A DNA stretch of 40,690 nt. Source: a virus. Lineage: Duplodnaviria; Heunggongvirae; Uroviricota; Caudoviricetes. Numbering within the stretch: position 1 is the stretch's first letter; the number at the start of each line of letters is the position of its first letter. The position numbers were made by a program, and so were the translations under genes. The stretch is taken from IMG/VR virus record IMGVR_UViG_2541047843_000008. One strand, written 5' to 3'. The notes below the pieces were generated by a model. That model saw only the letters and a list, made by a program, of their open reading frames with translations, was not told where the DNA came from and did not search any database. This document shows positions 26,812-35,416 of this stretch, piece after piece.

Positions 26812-28287
26812 TTAAGCATAGGGATCGTAATCTGTAATGGCCCTTCCCTGCTGGCTTTGCTGTCCTGGTATATTTATGCGTTTCGAGACCGGGAAAGCAA
26901 ACGTCAGCAGTAGCGCATCGCCTTTACCCGGCGAACGCCCAAGCCGCTCCTTGATATCTTCCTTCGGTTCGATAACGATTTTACCGTCCACTCGAACTTT
27001 GTACTCTGCCGCCGACAGGTCGTCCGCTGTTTCCTGGTCATCCAGCATGCCGCCCAGCCTCAGCCATGTCTTGCATGAGTTGAACATCTCCCCACGCTTG
27101 TTGAGCATCTGCGGGTCAGTAGACGCGCCACCGAACGGAACAAGTTGCCATGTACGACCCCAGCCGTCACCGATTGACTTCAAACCGGTTCCGTAACCGA
27201 AGTCGATGAACACCGCGTCAGCCTGATACTGGTCTTCAAAGTCAGCGATACGCTTCGCCATAATCAGATCGTCGGTAGTCTTGTTGCCAGTCCACAGCAC
27301 CTTACTGTGTAGCCCCTGCCGCAGGTATATCACAGCGTCATCAACGCCGGAGTATGCCGGGTCAACGCCGATTATCACCGGAGCATGTGCAACCTGCGCA
27401 GCGGTTACCACCCGTTTCATTGCCTCGTCAGTAAGACCGGTAGGGATAAACTGCAATTCAGATGCATCAGGGAATATGCCACGCACACGGATTTTAACGA
27501 AGTCGCTGTCTTCCCCGTAGTCATCAACCCATTTCTGCAACTGCTGTTTGTTGGTACCTTCCACCGTCCGACTGTCAATCTGCGCAGTTTTCCAGCGGTG
27601 TTTATACTTGCGGAAACATTCACGGAAACGTCCGGTATTACGCGTCGGGTTTCCGAACGCCACCCAGATAATCTCAGTGTCTTCGTCCGTTAGCGCACCT
27701 TCGGCAACTTCCCACACCAGATCCGCAATGTTCGACGCTTCATCAAACACCACGATGATGCGTTTGCGCTCGTTGTGTAGTCCGGCGAACGCCTCAGTGT
27801 TGTGCTCAGACCAGGGTATTGCGTCAGCACGCCACCGCTTGTCGTGCCCAGGGTCATTGCTGTACATCGCGGTAGCGGTACAGGTAAACCAGTCTTTCGT
27901 GATAGCAAGGTTCGACCACTTGATAATTTCCGGCCAGGTCTTCGTTCGTAGCTGGTTGTCGGTGTTGGCGGTCACCACGACCTTACAATCCTCGCAAGTG
28001 GACATGCCCCAGTTGATCAGCATTGAGATGAATGCGGATTTACCAATACCGTGACCAGAAGCACGTGCCAGCATAAGCGGCTGATATCTCGTCTCTGGAT
28101 TCTGCAGGTGATCACGTATCTCTCGGAACGCATCGGCCTGCCACTGACGTGGACCGGTGGCATGTGCCAGTTCAGTACCCTCTTCCCCCCACGGGAACGC
28201 ATAGAGGGCATAGCCAAGCGGATCGTGAGTGAACCCTGCAATATCCTCGATCAACTGCTCTTCAGGAGATAACGCTGTATCTGTCAC
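26812..28287 (-). CDS. Terminase large subunit
   Basis: 491 aa; Walker A-like ASGHGIGKS; acidic nuclease-type C-terminal half; GTG start overlapping the TerS stop. Confidence 0.9.
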   Translation of the reverse strand: MTDTALSPEEQLIEDIAGFTHDPLGYALYAFPWGEEGTELAHATGPRQWQADAFREIRDHLQNPETRYQPLMLARASGHGIGKSAFISMLINWGMSTCEDCKVVVTANTDNQLRTKTWPEIIKWSNLAITKDWFTCTATAMYSNDPGHDKRWRADAIPWSEHNTEAFAGLHNERKRIIVVFDEASNIADLVWEVAEGALTDEDTEIIWVAFGNPTRNTGRFRECFRKYKHRWKTAQIDSRTVEGTNKQQLQKWVDDYGEDSDFVKIRVRGIFPDASELQFIPTGLTDEAMKRVVTAAQVAHAPVIIGVDPAYSGVDDAVIYLRQGLHSKVLWTGNKTTDDLIMAKRIADFEDQYQADAVFIDFGYGTGLKSIGDGWGRTWQLVPFGGASTDPQMLNKRGEMFNSCKTWLRLGGMLDDQETADDLSAAEYKVRVDGKIVIEPKEDIKERLGRSPGKGDALLLTFAFPVSKRINIPGQQSQQGRAITDYDPYA

Positions 28288-28880
28288 TGATTACCATCCT
28301 GACGTTCTTTGAGTCGCTTCCTGGCTGCTGCTATGCGATCAGCAATTGTCACATTCACATTAACATCCAGACGTTCTTTGAACGCGTTGACATCAACATG
28401 CTTACCAATCAGCTCAAGGTTCTTCACCTTGTCAGGCCATTTAATTTTTTTGAGGATTGTCTCTATCGAATCCTCGTTCATGTTCATGATGGTCGATGAC
28501 AGATCAAAGCCACTAAGCGTAGTGCGCCAGATTTTCGGCCACTCGCGGATTGGCTTAAGGCTCCCATCGTCGTTGAGGATGTCGATCACGTCCATCTGGT
28601 CGATCTCCACCAGGCGCATGAGAACGTAATCAGCACTGACGCGCATTCGTTTGTTGCGCTCCTCCATCAACTCGGCAATCCGTTTTTGAATGCGTTCATC
28701 GCGCATCATGACACTGGCTTTAACTGCCGCTGTATTTGGGGAGAATCCTGCGTTAATCGCTGCCTGAGTCTGGTTTTCAGGCGTTTTGATGTATGACTGG
28801 CAATAAGCCTCCTGCATTGCTGTTAGTGGCTTAAATTGCGTTGATTTGCGTTTATAGGTTTTAGGTTCAGCAGGCATCAT
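28284..28880 (-). CDS. Terminase small subunit
   Basis: KPLTAMQEAYCQSYIKTPENQTQAAINAGFS matches the common terminase small subunit N-terminal HTH pattern; start taken at internal ATG after a terminator. Confidence 0.7.
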   Translation of the reverse strand: MMPAEPKTYKRKSTQFKPLTAMQEAYCQSYIKTPENQTQAAINAGFSPNTAAVKASVMMRDERIQKRIAELMEERNKRMRVSADYVLMRLVEIDQMDVIDILNDDGSLKPIREWPKIWRTTLSGFDLSSTIMNMNEDSIETILKKIKWPDKVKNLELIGKHVDVNAFKERLDVNVNVTIADRIAAARKRLKERQDGNQ

Positions 28881-28887
28881 AACCACC

Positions 28888-28916
28888 GTGGTAATAGTTA
28901 CCGTTGTGGTAATAGT
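28888..28916. repeat. Tandem direct repeat GTGGTAATAGT x2 in the terminase leader
   Basis: Two 11-bp copies 18 bp apart, between an upstream terminator and the TerS start. Confidence 0.5.
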
Positions 28917-28931
28917 ACCATGCAAAATAAA

Positions 28932-28955
28932 GCCGCCATAGTTGGCGGCAGTATT
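28932..28955 (-). terminator. Rho-independent terminator separating nin-like genes from the packaging/late operon
   Basis: Stem GCCGCCA / TGGCGGC with 4-nt loop, U-run (UUUAUUUUG) on the minus-strand side. Confidence 0.5.
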
Positions 28956-29188
28956 CAAAGTCCATCAAATTCATCGTAAAAACTCTCGTCAAGATACCCT
29001 TCCCATTTACCGCGAATGAAAATTACATCCTCGCCGCAAGGGTGCTGACTGTCGATAACTATATCCCTCCTGGCGCAACCATACTTATGCATGAGAAATT
29101 TAACCTCTTTCGGAAAATTTGCTGAGTTATCTCTCATATCTTCAAGGTCGTAGCGTATTTTTGGCATAACACCTTCGTGACATGTCAC
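28955..29188 (-). CDS. Hypothetical protein
   Basis: 77-aa ORF in nin-like block. Confidence 0.4.
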   Translation of the reverse strand: MTCHEGVMPKIRYDLEDMRDNSANFPKEVKFLMHKYGCARRDIVIDSQHPCGEDVIFIRGKWEGYLDESFYDEFDGL

Positions 29189-29526
29189 ACTATTAATTTC
29201 GTTTCATGCCAGCCTTTGGTCACCCAGCATTGCGAGTCACCATTACACGGGCATGAATTAACTGGAACTCTCTCGCCGCACTTACCGCAACGTTTTCTGC
29301 TGATCGATTTTATACGCCCGCGCACGCGTGCATCATCCTGGCGGATCAGTAACGCTATATACTCACCAAATTCGTAAGGCGCACGCCCGGGGCGACGCGT
29401 GGCACAGTTACGCTCCAGCATTTCAATTTCCTGAGCATCAAGCACAATCTCCAGTTTACGCACACCAGATGCAGCTTGTCTGGCTCTCTGAGCGGCTTTG
29501 CGCTCTGCTGCTGATTTAGCCATCAA
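29185..29526 (-). CDS. Hypothetical Cys-rich (zinc-finger-like) protein
   Basis: CGKCG...CPCNGDSQC cluster; basic N-terminus. Confidence 0.4.
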   Translation of the reverse strand: MMAKSAAERKAAQRARQAASGVRKLEIVLDAQEIEMLERNCATRRPGRAPYEFGEYIALLIRQDDARVRGRIKSISRKRCGKCGERVPVNSCPCNGDSQCWVTKGWHETKLIV

Positions 29527-29797
29527 TATTCACCTTTATCGCGAACACCTTTACCGGTTTATCGCCGAAGTGCGGATGTGTGATTGTCTTGATTTCATAT
29601 CCGTCATACGGGACGTCAATTCTGCGGCTGGAATCGTCGCGCTTCGGATATCCCTTTGTGATAATCAGGCGGTCATACTCGCGGAACATAATTCGCTTAT
29701 TCCAGTAGTCATTACACAGGCGATACTCTTCCGTTTTCTCTCCGCGAATCATGGCATCGAAGTATTCACCTTTAACGGCAAGTTGCAGGTTAGCCAC
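29516..29797 (-). CDS. ASCH/PUA-like (DUF3850-type) small protein
   Basis: N-terminal LAVKGEYFDAMIRGEKTEEYR resembles the ASCH-domain start. Confidence 0.45.
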   Translation of the reverse strand: MANLQLAVKGEYFDAMIRGEKTEEYRLCNDYWNKRIMFREYDRLIITKGYPKRDDSSRRIDVPYDGYEIKTITHPHFGDKPVKVFAIKVNIDG

Positions 29798-29880
29798 GAC
29801 CTTCCTCCTTTGGCTTGTGAATTTGTATCGTCATGCCGCTTTGAGTGGTGACTACAACGACAGAACCAGGCTGAAGACTG

Positions 29881-30078
29881 TTAAGATTGAATGCTTCGTA
29901 AAACGAAGCCAAGGCCAGCGCTTTTTTTATTCTTTCGGTTCCACCAACGCCATCCATTGCTACAGGCTACACTGACAATCCACTGTCCACTCCTGTAAGC
30001 CATATAAAACCAGATGAGCAAAACCTGAATGAATGCTATCCAGTCAATAATCGTATATTTCGCGAAGGAGACCATCAA
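29881..30078 (-). CDS. Small putative membrane protein
   Basis: 65 aa with one hydrophobic segment; start overlaps upstream stop. Confidence 0.3.
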   Translation of the reverse strand: MMVSFAKYTIIDWIAFIQVLLIWFYMAYRSGQWIVSVACSNGWRWWNRKNKKSAGLGFVLRSIQS

Positions 30079-30509
30079 TTAACCTCCTGCGGCGGTTCCG
30101 GTAGAGGCATCCAGTACAAGGCGTTCCCTAACCACGATAAAGTGCCGTCGCTCAACTCCACGTATTCCCCTTGTACCTGTCCTGCCATATACTCGCCGTG
30201 CTTTGAATAAATTAAAATCCAATCATCTTGAGGGGGCATTCGCTCACTACAGCTTATCCAACCATCCGGAGTTACCGGATAGTTGCCCGACAGCTCGTTC
30301 AACTTGTAAGTTTGGCTTACAGGTTCTGCACTATCAGCTTCGCGCCGCTTCTGTAGCTCTGCTGCCATCGCTCTCACGACTTCAACTGGTGCCCTTGCAG
30401 CAAACTCTATGTTGGTGATCAGCTCATTAAGATATTGCTCGCCTGGATACTGTTTCTTATCGGTTATAGTGGTCATATCACTCTCCTTTGATGCGAATGC
30501 CTGTTGCAA
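30075..30509 (-). CDS. DUF551-type phage protein
   Basis: C-terminal WISCSERMP...W...Y pattern typical of DUF551 as recalled. Confidence 0.5.
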   Translation of the reverse strand: MQQAFASKESDMTTITDKKQYPGEQYLNELITNIEFAARAPVEVVRAMAAELQKRREADSAEPVSQTYKLNELSGNYPVTPDGWISCSERMPPQDDWILIYSKHGEYMAGQVQGEYVELSDGTLSWLGNALYWMPLPEPPQEVN

Positions 30510-31026
30510 TGCTGTTTATGATGCTGTCAGTGCATGGGGTAGAAAGCTGGGCATCTCCAGCAATTTTCATGACCTCAACATCTGCATATCGAATACCGAG
30601 GTGTATCAGACCGGCTATGCCTGACTTAAGCCGAGCATTTTCCATAAATAGAACTTTTGCCCGCTGTTTTTCTGCTTCAAGCTCAACGCGCAGCTTCCCT
30701 ACCGTTAGCGCAATATCCTCGTTCTCCTTGTCGCGGGATTTTATGTATTGCTGGTTTCTTTCCCGTTCATCCAGTAGTGCCAGCGCAACATTTGGATTAA
30801 AGGCAGCAATAAATTCAGCGTTTGCGTAAGCCTGAGCATCTGTTTCAACCAGGCAGTTAACATGACATTCTGCAATCACGCCACCGGGTTCTCCTTTCCA
30901 TTTTTGGCAAACAAAAACTCCTGTTAAATTGCCGTGCTGGTTAACAGATGTATGCCCTACGATGTAGCTCCCTTTCGTTGCCTTTTCTGCCGCATCACGC
31001 AGTGCCTGATAATTAATTTCGCTCAC
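30478..31026 (-). CDS. Ead/Ea22-like protein
   Basis: N-terminus MSEINYQALRDAAEKAT resembles Ead/Ea22-like prophage proteins; coiled-coil middle. Confidence 0.45.
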   Translation of the reverse strand: MSEINYQALRDAAEKATKGSYIVGHTSVNQHGNLTGVFVCQKWKGEPGGVIAECHVNCLVETDAQAYANAEFIAAFNPNVALALLDERERNQQYIKSRDKENEDIALTVGKLRVELEAEKQRAKVLFMENARLKSGIAGLIHLGIRYADVEVMKIAGDAQLSTPCTDSIINSIATGIRIKGE

Positions 31027-31247
31027 TCTTCATCCTCCAAGTCGGCAACGGCGTCCATCACATCAGAACCGCGAATAACCTCAAAAGCACGGCAGGCCAT
31101 TTGAAATACCAGTTGCTCTTGCGGGTGAGGAGACTCCCAATATTTGAAGCCTGGGCGATGCGTGTACCCCATCATTGAATAAAAATCACCAGCAAGCTTA
31201 ATCGCGGCATCGACAAGCTCTCTGTTAGTCATTCTTTTTCCGCTCAC
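31023..31247 (-). CDS. Hypothetical protein
   Basis: 74-aa ORF with coupled start/stop. Confidence 0.35.
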   Translation of the reverse strand: MSGKRMTNRELVDAAIKLAGDFYSMMGYTHRPGFKYWESPHPQEQLVFQMACRAFEVIRGSDVMDAVADLEDEE

Positions 31248-31539
31248 TGGCTGCCTCCTTTACTGGGCTTTCGAATGTATCAAACTCAAACAACTTAACT
31301 ACGTCATCAAACAGGACATAATCGCCATCAGAATCTTCAGTCATGTCAGCGCCACAATCCTGACCGAACGAGTCACAACCATCCATATCAAGCTCGTATC
31401 GCTTGAGTTTTGCGATATTTGATAAATTCAGCGCCAGTACAGCAAGGTCATAAACCTCATCAGCGGTATACCCGGCACCATGCCCATACATTTCAATACG
31501 GGATATGATTTCTTCTACACGTTGTTTTGTGATCGTCAT
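31225..31539 (-). CDS. Hypothetical acidic protein
   Basis: 104-aa ORF in nin-like block. Confidence 0.35.
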   Translation of the reverse strand: MTITKQRVEEIISRIEMYGHGAGYTADEVYDLAVLALNLSNIAKLKRYELDMDGCDSFGQDCGADMTEDSDGDYVLFDDVVKLFEFDTFESPVKEAASERKKND

Positions 31540-31952
31540 TTTTGCTCACCTTCCTGTTCTTCCAGAAAAATACGCATAGCCTCAAGCATCTCTTCGGTAT
31601 CATACGGAGACAGCTTGTCACGCAGGATGTGTTCAATGCTGTTAATGAACTTGCGGATTGCTTTGCGTTCAATTTCAGCCAGGAAAGCGTCGGTGGCTGG
31701 GGTTTCCGTGAAGTTGTCCTCCCAACCGTAGTACTCCTGACGACAGAAGTTATTAAATTCCTTCTCCGACTGTTTAAGCCCAGCATTCTCCGCTGCCAGC
31801 GCATTAGCACGCACCAGTTGCACTTCCAGTTGCGTTGCCAAATCGCTGATCAGCTTTGCCACACTGCGCATATCAACGGCACCACATTCTGCGTTCAGTT
31901 CCGAAGCCATCTCATGCCCGGCGGCAACTAACCCTTTGATATTACTTTCCAT
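31536..31952 (-). CDS. Hypothetical protein
   Basis: 138-aa ORF in nin-like block. Confidence 0.4.
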   Translation of the reverse strand: MESNIKGLVAAGHEMASELNAECGAVDMRSVAKLISDLATQLEVQLVRANALAAENAGLKQSEKEFNNFCRQEYYGWEDNFTETPATDAFLAEIERKAIRKFINSIEHILRDKLSPYDTEEMLEAMRIFLEEQEGEQK

Positions 31953-32013
31953 CTTTACCCTCGCTTATCCACATAACTTATTGATTACATTGATAACTAA
32001 AAAGATCGTCGAT

Positions 32014-32358
32014 TCAGAACTCTTCGATGTTCCAGCCGCCACCTGCTTTCTTTGGTTTAACCGTTACCCCGATGATTCGGAACGGATACTGATCTGCGGC
32101 GACTTTGGTTTTCACCCTGGCGTCGTCGGTCCAGAAACCTTTCACTTCGTGCAGTTCCATCTCTCCGGTGGCGAGCATCACAGCGAAATCTGGCGTATAG
32201 AACGTGTTGTCAGCTAACCGCAGCTTGATACCCTCGAATCGATACCAGGCGATTTCCCCTGCACGTTTACGCAGCTCAAGGTGCTGGCAATACGCAGATT
32301 CAGTTTTGTTCATCTGGCCTGTTTTGAGTCGACCAAGAGCCTGTATCTGTTTTCTCAT
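32014..32358 (-). CDS. DUF1064-type phage protein (nuclease-fold family)
   Basis: 114 aa with the AYCQHLELRKRAGEI...FYTPDF...HEVKG pattern. Confidence 0.55.
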   Translation of the reverse strand: MRKQIQALGRLKTGQMNKTESAYCQHLELRKRAGEIAWYRFEGIKLRLADNTFYTPDFAVMLATGEMELHEVKGFWTDDARVKTKVAADQYPFRIIGVTVKPKKAGGGWNIEEF

Positions 32359-32361
32359 GAT

Positions 32362-32438
32362 TTACCTCTGAGGTAATTAAAAACCACATAAGACATGAAA
32401 TCAATAGAGTTTACAATATTTTGTTACCTAACAGGTAA
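32362..32438. promoter_or_regulatory. Regulatory hub: two TTACCT-N3-AGGTAA palindromes (about 32362-32376 and 32424-32438) flanking an AACCACATA element
   Basis: Two perfect palindromes about 62 bp apart between the P-like stop and the DUF1064 start. Confidence 0.5.
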
Positions 32439-32475
32439 TTATCGAGGCGTAAAAAAATGCGCTATCGCGCTGGTA

Positions 32476-33252
32476 TTACTTGATAAATCCTGCCGCCTTT
32501 CCCCGCCTGTATTCCTCCATCAGCCACTGCGCCGGTGTTATTCCCCCAAGGGTGGCGGCGTTAGGCATGCACCCGAAACTTCGCCCTGGTGGATGGTAAA
32601 CGTCTCTCCCTGTGTCCGGAGGTGTACTCATGGGCTCTGGCTTTGCCTGTATGCTGATCACCGGATCGGGTATCTGCTGTCCGGAAGCCACCTTTTTCGC
32701 CCAATCATCGAGCAGCCTGCGCGCGTGTTTCTCAACCTCACTCTCGCTAAGCTGGCGCTGATACATTGCACGACGGGTATCACATACGACCCAGTACATA
32801 ACCGGATGCCGCCACGGGAATCTTTCGGGACCACCAGGATATAAACTTTTTTCCTTGCTGTACCGGTGAAACTCCGCCATCACATCGTCAATGGTGACGC
32901 CAAGAACCATCTTGCTGTCTTTGCACCACTTGATGAATTGCCCTGGCGACGGCCAGAACGGAGATTCACTGGCGCGGGCGTGGCGCATACCAGCGTTAAC
33001 CTGTTCCATTGTAGTGATCCCATTCTCCAGAAACGCAAGCATCCATTGCTTACGGAATTCATTAAGTTTGTTCTGCTCCCTTATGGTCGAAACGCTTGCA
33101 GGAAATGCAGCCTGTAACTGGACAAATAGTTCATTGAAAATTCTAGCAACCTGCTCCTTTTTGCCATTGCTGTCACGCCGCTCTTCATGCACAGCAACAC
33201 CATGCTCACGTAAGCGATCGTACTCATTGAGAAGTTCTGGAGTTGATTTCAT
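32476..33252 (-). CDS. Replication protein P-like (DnaB helicase loader)
   Basis: Long colinear similarity to lambda P as recalled: FPAS...NEFRKQW.LAF.ENGITTMEQVNAGMR.AR...PF.PSPGQF..WC. Confidence 0.8.
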   Translation of the reverse strand: MKSTPELLNEYDRLREHGVAVHEERRDSNGKKEQVARIFNELFVQLQAAFPASVSTIREQNKLNEFRKQWMLAFLENGITTMEQVNAGMRHARASESPFWPSPGQFIKWCKDSKMVLGVTIDDVMAEFHRYSKEKSLYPGGPERFPWRHPVMYWVVCDTRRAMYQRQLSESEVEKHARRLLDDWAKKVASGQQIPDPVISIQAKPEPMSTPPDTGRDVYHPPGRSFGCMPNAATLGGITPAQWLMEEYRRGKAAGFIK

Positions 33253-34066
33253 CCCACACCCCTTCTATCCAGTCAGTGTTATTCCAGTCAAGCTCATCGC
33301 TTTTCCCGGCATTTTTTGATTTTCCCCTGATATGATTTACGTGCCTGGCGAATTTTTGTTCCCACTGAACCTGCGTGAACACTTTGCCCTCAGCCATCCA
33401 GTAATCCCGGAATGCAGCAAGTTCAGCAGGTGTAAATTCCGGTTCCGGCAGGGCCGTTCCCCACAGCGCAGCACGCCGCCGAAAATCTGGCGACGGTAGC
33501 CAGCCATCTGTCATCGGAAATTTCCCGATGGGTTCACTCAGGCCATCCAGAAATTCAGGTTCTGCCACCTGCAACGGCGTACTGTTCGCTTCACTGGTCG
33601 GAGCACCCTCGCGCACGTGCGCTATGTGTGGGGTTTTATATATATCTTCCTCTTCCTCTGGTAACTCCTTTTGTAACGCTGTTGGCGTTACTTTTTGCGT
33701 TACTCGTTTTCGATGCTCTGCCACTCTTCTATTCGTAAGTGCACGTTTTTTCGATGATTCTCCATTATGTCGCTCAAAGTTTGGAAGAATTAGTTTGCCG
33801 TCATGATAAGCAAGCCATCCGACGCTAATGAGGGCGTCAGCAAATCCTGTAATAAAAGCGAGTCTATCAAGTACTCCTTTTGTAACGCTGCCAGCGTTAC
33901 CGTCTATTGTTTGCTGGTCAGCCCATGCCCATATACGAACCAGCTTTCCAAGAACAGCATCTGGATCAATACCCAGAATTTCTGCTATCTGAAAAATTTC
34001 AGGTTTATCAGGAGTGATAACTTCAACCTTAATCCAGCTGCTTGCCATAGGTTTCCCCTCTTGCAC
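33224..34066 (-). CDS. Replication initiator (O-like position), with internal origin-like repeats; start may be internal ATG near 34048
   Basis: Directly upstream of and coupled to the P-like gene; contains two copies of a 27-bp palindromic element. Confidence 0.55.
   Translation of the reverse strand: MQEGKPMASSWIKVEVITPDKPEIFQIAEILGIDPDAVLGKLVRIWAWADQQTIDGNAGSVTKGVLDRLAFITGFADALISVGWLAYHDGKLILPNFERHNGESSKKRALTNRRVAEHRKRVTQKVTPTALQKELPEEEEDIYKTPHIAHVREGAPTSEANSTPLQVAEPEFLDGLSEPIGKFPMTDGWLPSPDFRRRAALWGTALPEPEFTPAELAAFRDYWMAEGKVFTQVQWEQKFARHVNHIRGKSKNAGKSDELDWNNTDWIEGVWDEINSRTSQ
33665..33900. repeat. Two copies of a 27-bp element CTCCTTTTGTAACGCTGnnnGCGTTAC (palindrome GTAACGC-N5-GCGTTAC) plus an extra half-site; candidate origin iterons
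   Basis: Copies at about 33665-33691 and 33874-33900 lie in two different reading frames of the same gene; extra GCGTTAC at about 33696-33702. Confidence 0.55.
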
Positions 34067-34241
34067 TCTTTAGTGCACAAGCAAATTCATTACGATGGCG
34101 GTTGGCGCTATTCATTGCACATTCAACACATGTTCCGTTCAGAACATACCTTTCAGAGAGATGGCCGTGACGGCACCGCTTTCCTGTGAAATAGCGATTT
34201 AACCCGGCTTTTGCGGCCTCCATTCTGGTTACTATCTTCAA
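34029..34241 (-). CDS. Small Cys/His-containing protein between Cro-like and O-like genes (cII-position regulator candidate)
   Basis: CRHGH...CVEC motif; non-ATG start in ORF track, internal ATG near 34223. Confidence 0.35.
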   Translation of the reverse strand: MKIVTRMEAAKAGLNRYFTGKRCRHGHLSERYVLNGTCVECAMNSANRHRNEFACALKSARGETYGKQLD

Positions 34242-34340
34242 TTTTTCCGCCCCTTTTTGTTATTGATATTGGCTATTTTGCACAATTGGAAAATTTGATC
34301 AACCAGATTTGGTTTTTTATTACCTTTGAGGTACGAATAG

Positions 34341-34368
34341 ATATGAAAAGACCGCCGGGTGGCGGTCT
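34341..34368 (-). terminator. Rho-independent terminator immediately downstream of the Cro-like gene (tR1-like position)
   Basis: 8-bp stem AGACCGCC / GGCGGTCT with GGGT loop; U-run on the minus-strand side. Confidence 0.5.
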
Positions 34369-34389
34369 ACAGAGGGTTGTAGCTGGATA

Positions 34390-34620
34390 TCATGAGTAGA
34401 AGAAGTATGCCAGTTCTGCTTTTGAGCGCAGCCATTGTCTTGTTTTACAGGCTTTAAAAAGCCCATTCATCAATACCTTACCTGGCATTTTGCGCTTGCC
34501 TGTTAAGTGAGTCTGGATATAGTGACTCGTCGTTCCGGCTTCCTGTGCGAAGGCTTCACGCTCATCCGGAGTAAGTGCAAGCCAGTGCTTTTTGAAATCG
34601 AAATGTCCGTTATCGCTCAT
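34390..34620 (-). CDS. Cro-like HTH regulator
   Basis: 76 aa, HTH-like segment, divergent from the repressor gene across the operator cluster. Confidence 0.55.
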   Translation of the reverse strand: MSDNGHFDFKKHWLALTPDEREAFAQEAGTTSHYIQTHLTGKRKMPGKVLMNGLFKACKTRQWLRSKAELAYFFYS

Positions 34621-34656
34621 AGCTATTGCCTGATATTTATTTCAGATAATAAATAT

Positions 34657-34720
34657 TCACCCATAAGGTAACAAAAATCAAGGATAGTTACCTATGAGGT
34701 GCATTTACCTGTTGGGTAAT
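34657..34720. promoter_or_regulatory. Immunity-region operator cluster: three TTACC-N5-GGTAA-type palindromes between the divergent Cro-like and repressor genes
   Basis: TCACCCATAAGGTAA, TTACCTATGAGGTGC, TTACCTGTTGGGTAA at about 34657-34671, 34688-34702, 34706-34720. Confidence 0.55.
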
Positions 34721-34774
34721 ATTGCTTTAAATTGAATCATCTACTGATTCATATATGAGGCGATTTTCCAGAAA

Positions 34775-35359
34775 ATGAAAAGTATCCAGGACGTCCGCAG
34801 GCAAAATCTCAACGACTTGATCGACCGTGAATTCAATGGTGTTCAGACGCGGATGGCAGAAAAACTTGGAACTCAGGCAAATCTGGTAAACCGCTGGGCT
34901 CTTGGCAAGAAGGTTATCGGCGACCAGGTTGCACGAAAAATTGAAGCTGCCGCCAATAAACCCCGTAACTGGCTTGATATTGATCGTTCGCTTTCTCAGG
35001 AGGGTTTTCAGCCTGTCGGCCCGAGCGATATAGGTCAGCTGGCGGCTCACAATCTGGAACGCTGGATGAGCGAAAGCCGCGACCTTTCAACACAGGGAAA
35101 ACTTCACCGCGCATCCGGCGTCGCCCAGGTGACAATCAGCCGCCTGTTAAACAATGAGGTCAGCGTTTCCATTTCCACCCTGGAGAATGTTGCATCCGCA
35201 TTCGGGCGTCACGGATATGAACTACTGATTCACCCGCACGACCCTGCGACTATCAACTATGACCGCTCACGCTACGCATTGTTACCCGAAACCGAGAAAG
35301 CAAAGATCGAAAGTTACATTGAATTTGTCATCAACCAGAACGAAAAAAGCAAACAATAA
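34775..35359 (+). CDS. Repressor candidate with two XRE-type HTH domains and no LexA-like autocleavage domain
   Basis: HTH-like segments VQTRMAEKLGTQANLVNRWALGKK and LHRASGVAQVTISRLLNNEVSVSISTLENVASAFG; own terminator downstream. Confidence 0.6.
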   Translation: MKSIQDVRRQNLNDLIDREFNGVQTRMAEKLGTQANLVNRWALGKKVIGDQVARKIEAAANKPRNWLDIDRSLSQEGFQPVGPSDIGQLAAHNLERWMSESRDLSTQGKLHRASGVAQVTISRLLNNEVSVSISTLENVASAFGRHGYELLIHPHDPATINYDRSRYALLPETEKAKIESYIEFVINQNEKSKQ

Positions 35360-35380
35360 AACTATATTTTTCAGTAAGTA

Positions 35381-35406
35381 AGCCGCCTCATGGCGGCTTT
35401 TTTATT
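35381..35406 (+). terminator. Rho-independent terminator after repressor gene
   Basis: Stem AGCCGCC / GGCGGCT with 5-nt loop followed by 7 T. Confidence 0.6.
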
Positions 35407-35416
35407 GCCAGATAGA

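Noticed and set aside
17676-28054. Plus-strand ORFs embedded antisense in large structural genes (e.g. 18379..18705, 19493..20182, 23868..24605, 27548..28054)
   Set aside because: No ribosome-binding sites, unusual Arg/Ser/His-rich translations typical of antisense frames of GC-rich genes, and each is fully covered by a well-supported minus-strand gene.
28891-28903. GGTAATAGTTACC as another operator copy
   Set aside because: Half-sites are in the opposite relative orientation (GGTAA-N3-TTACC) to the recurring operator (TTACC-N5-GGTAA); it is reported only as part of the terminase-leader repeats.
31965-31973. Consensus DnaA box TTATCCACA in the spacer between two nin-like genes
   Set aside because: A single 9-mer with no cluster or adjacent AT-rich unwinding element; a stronger origin candidate is the repeated element inside the O-like gene.
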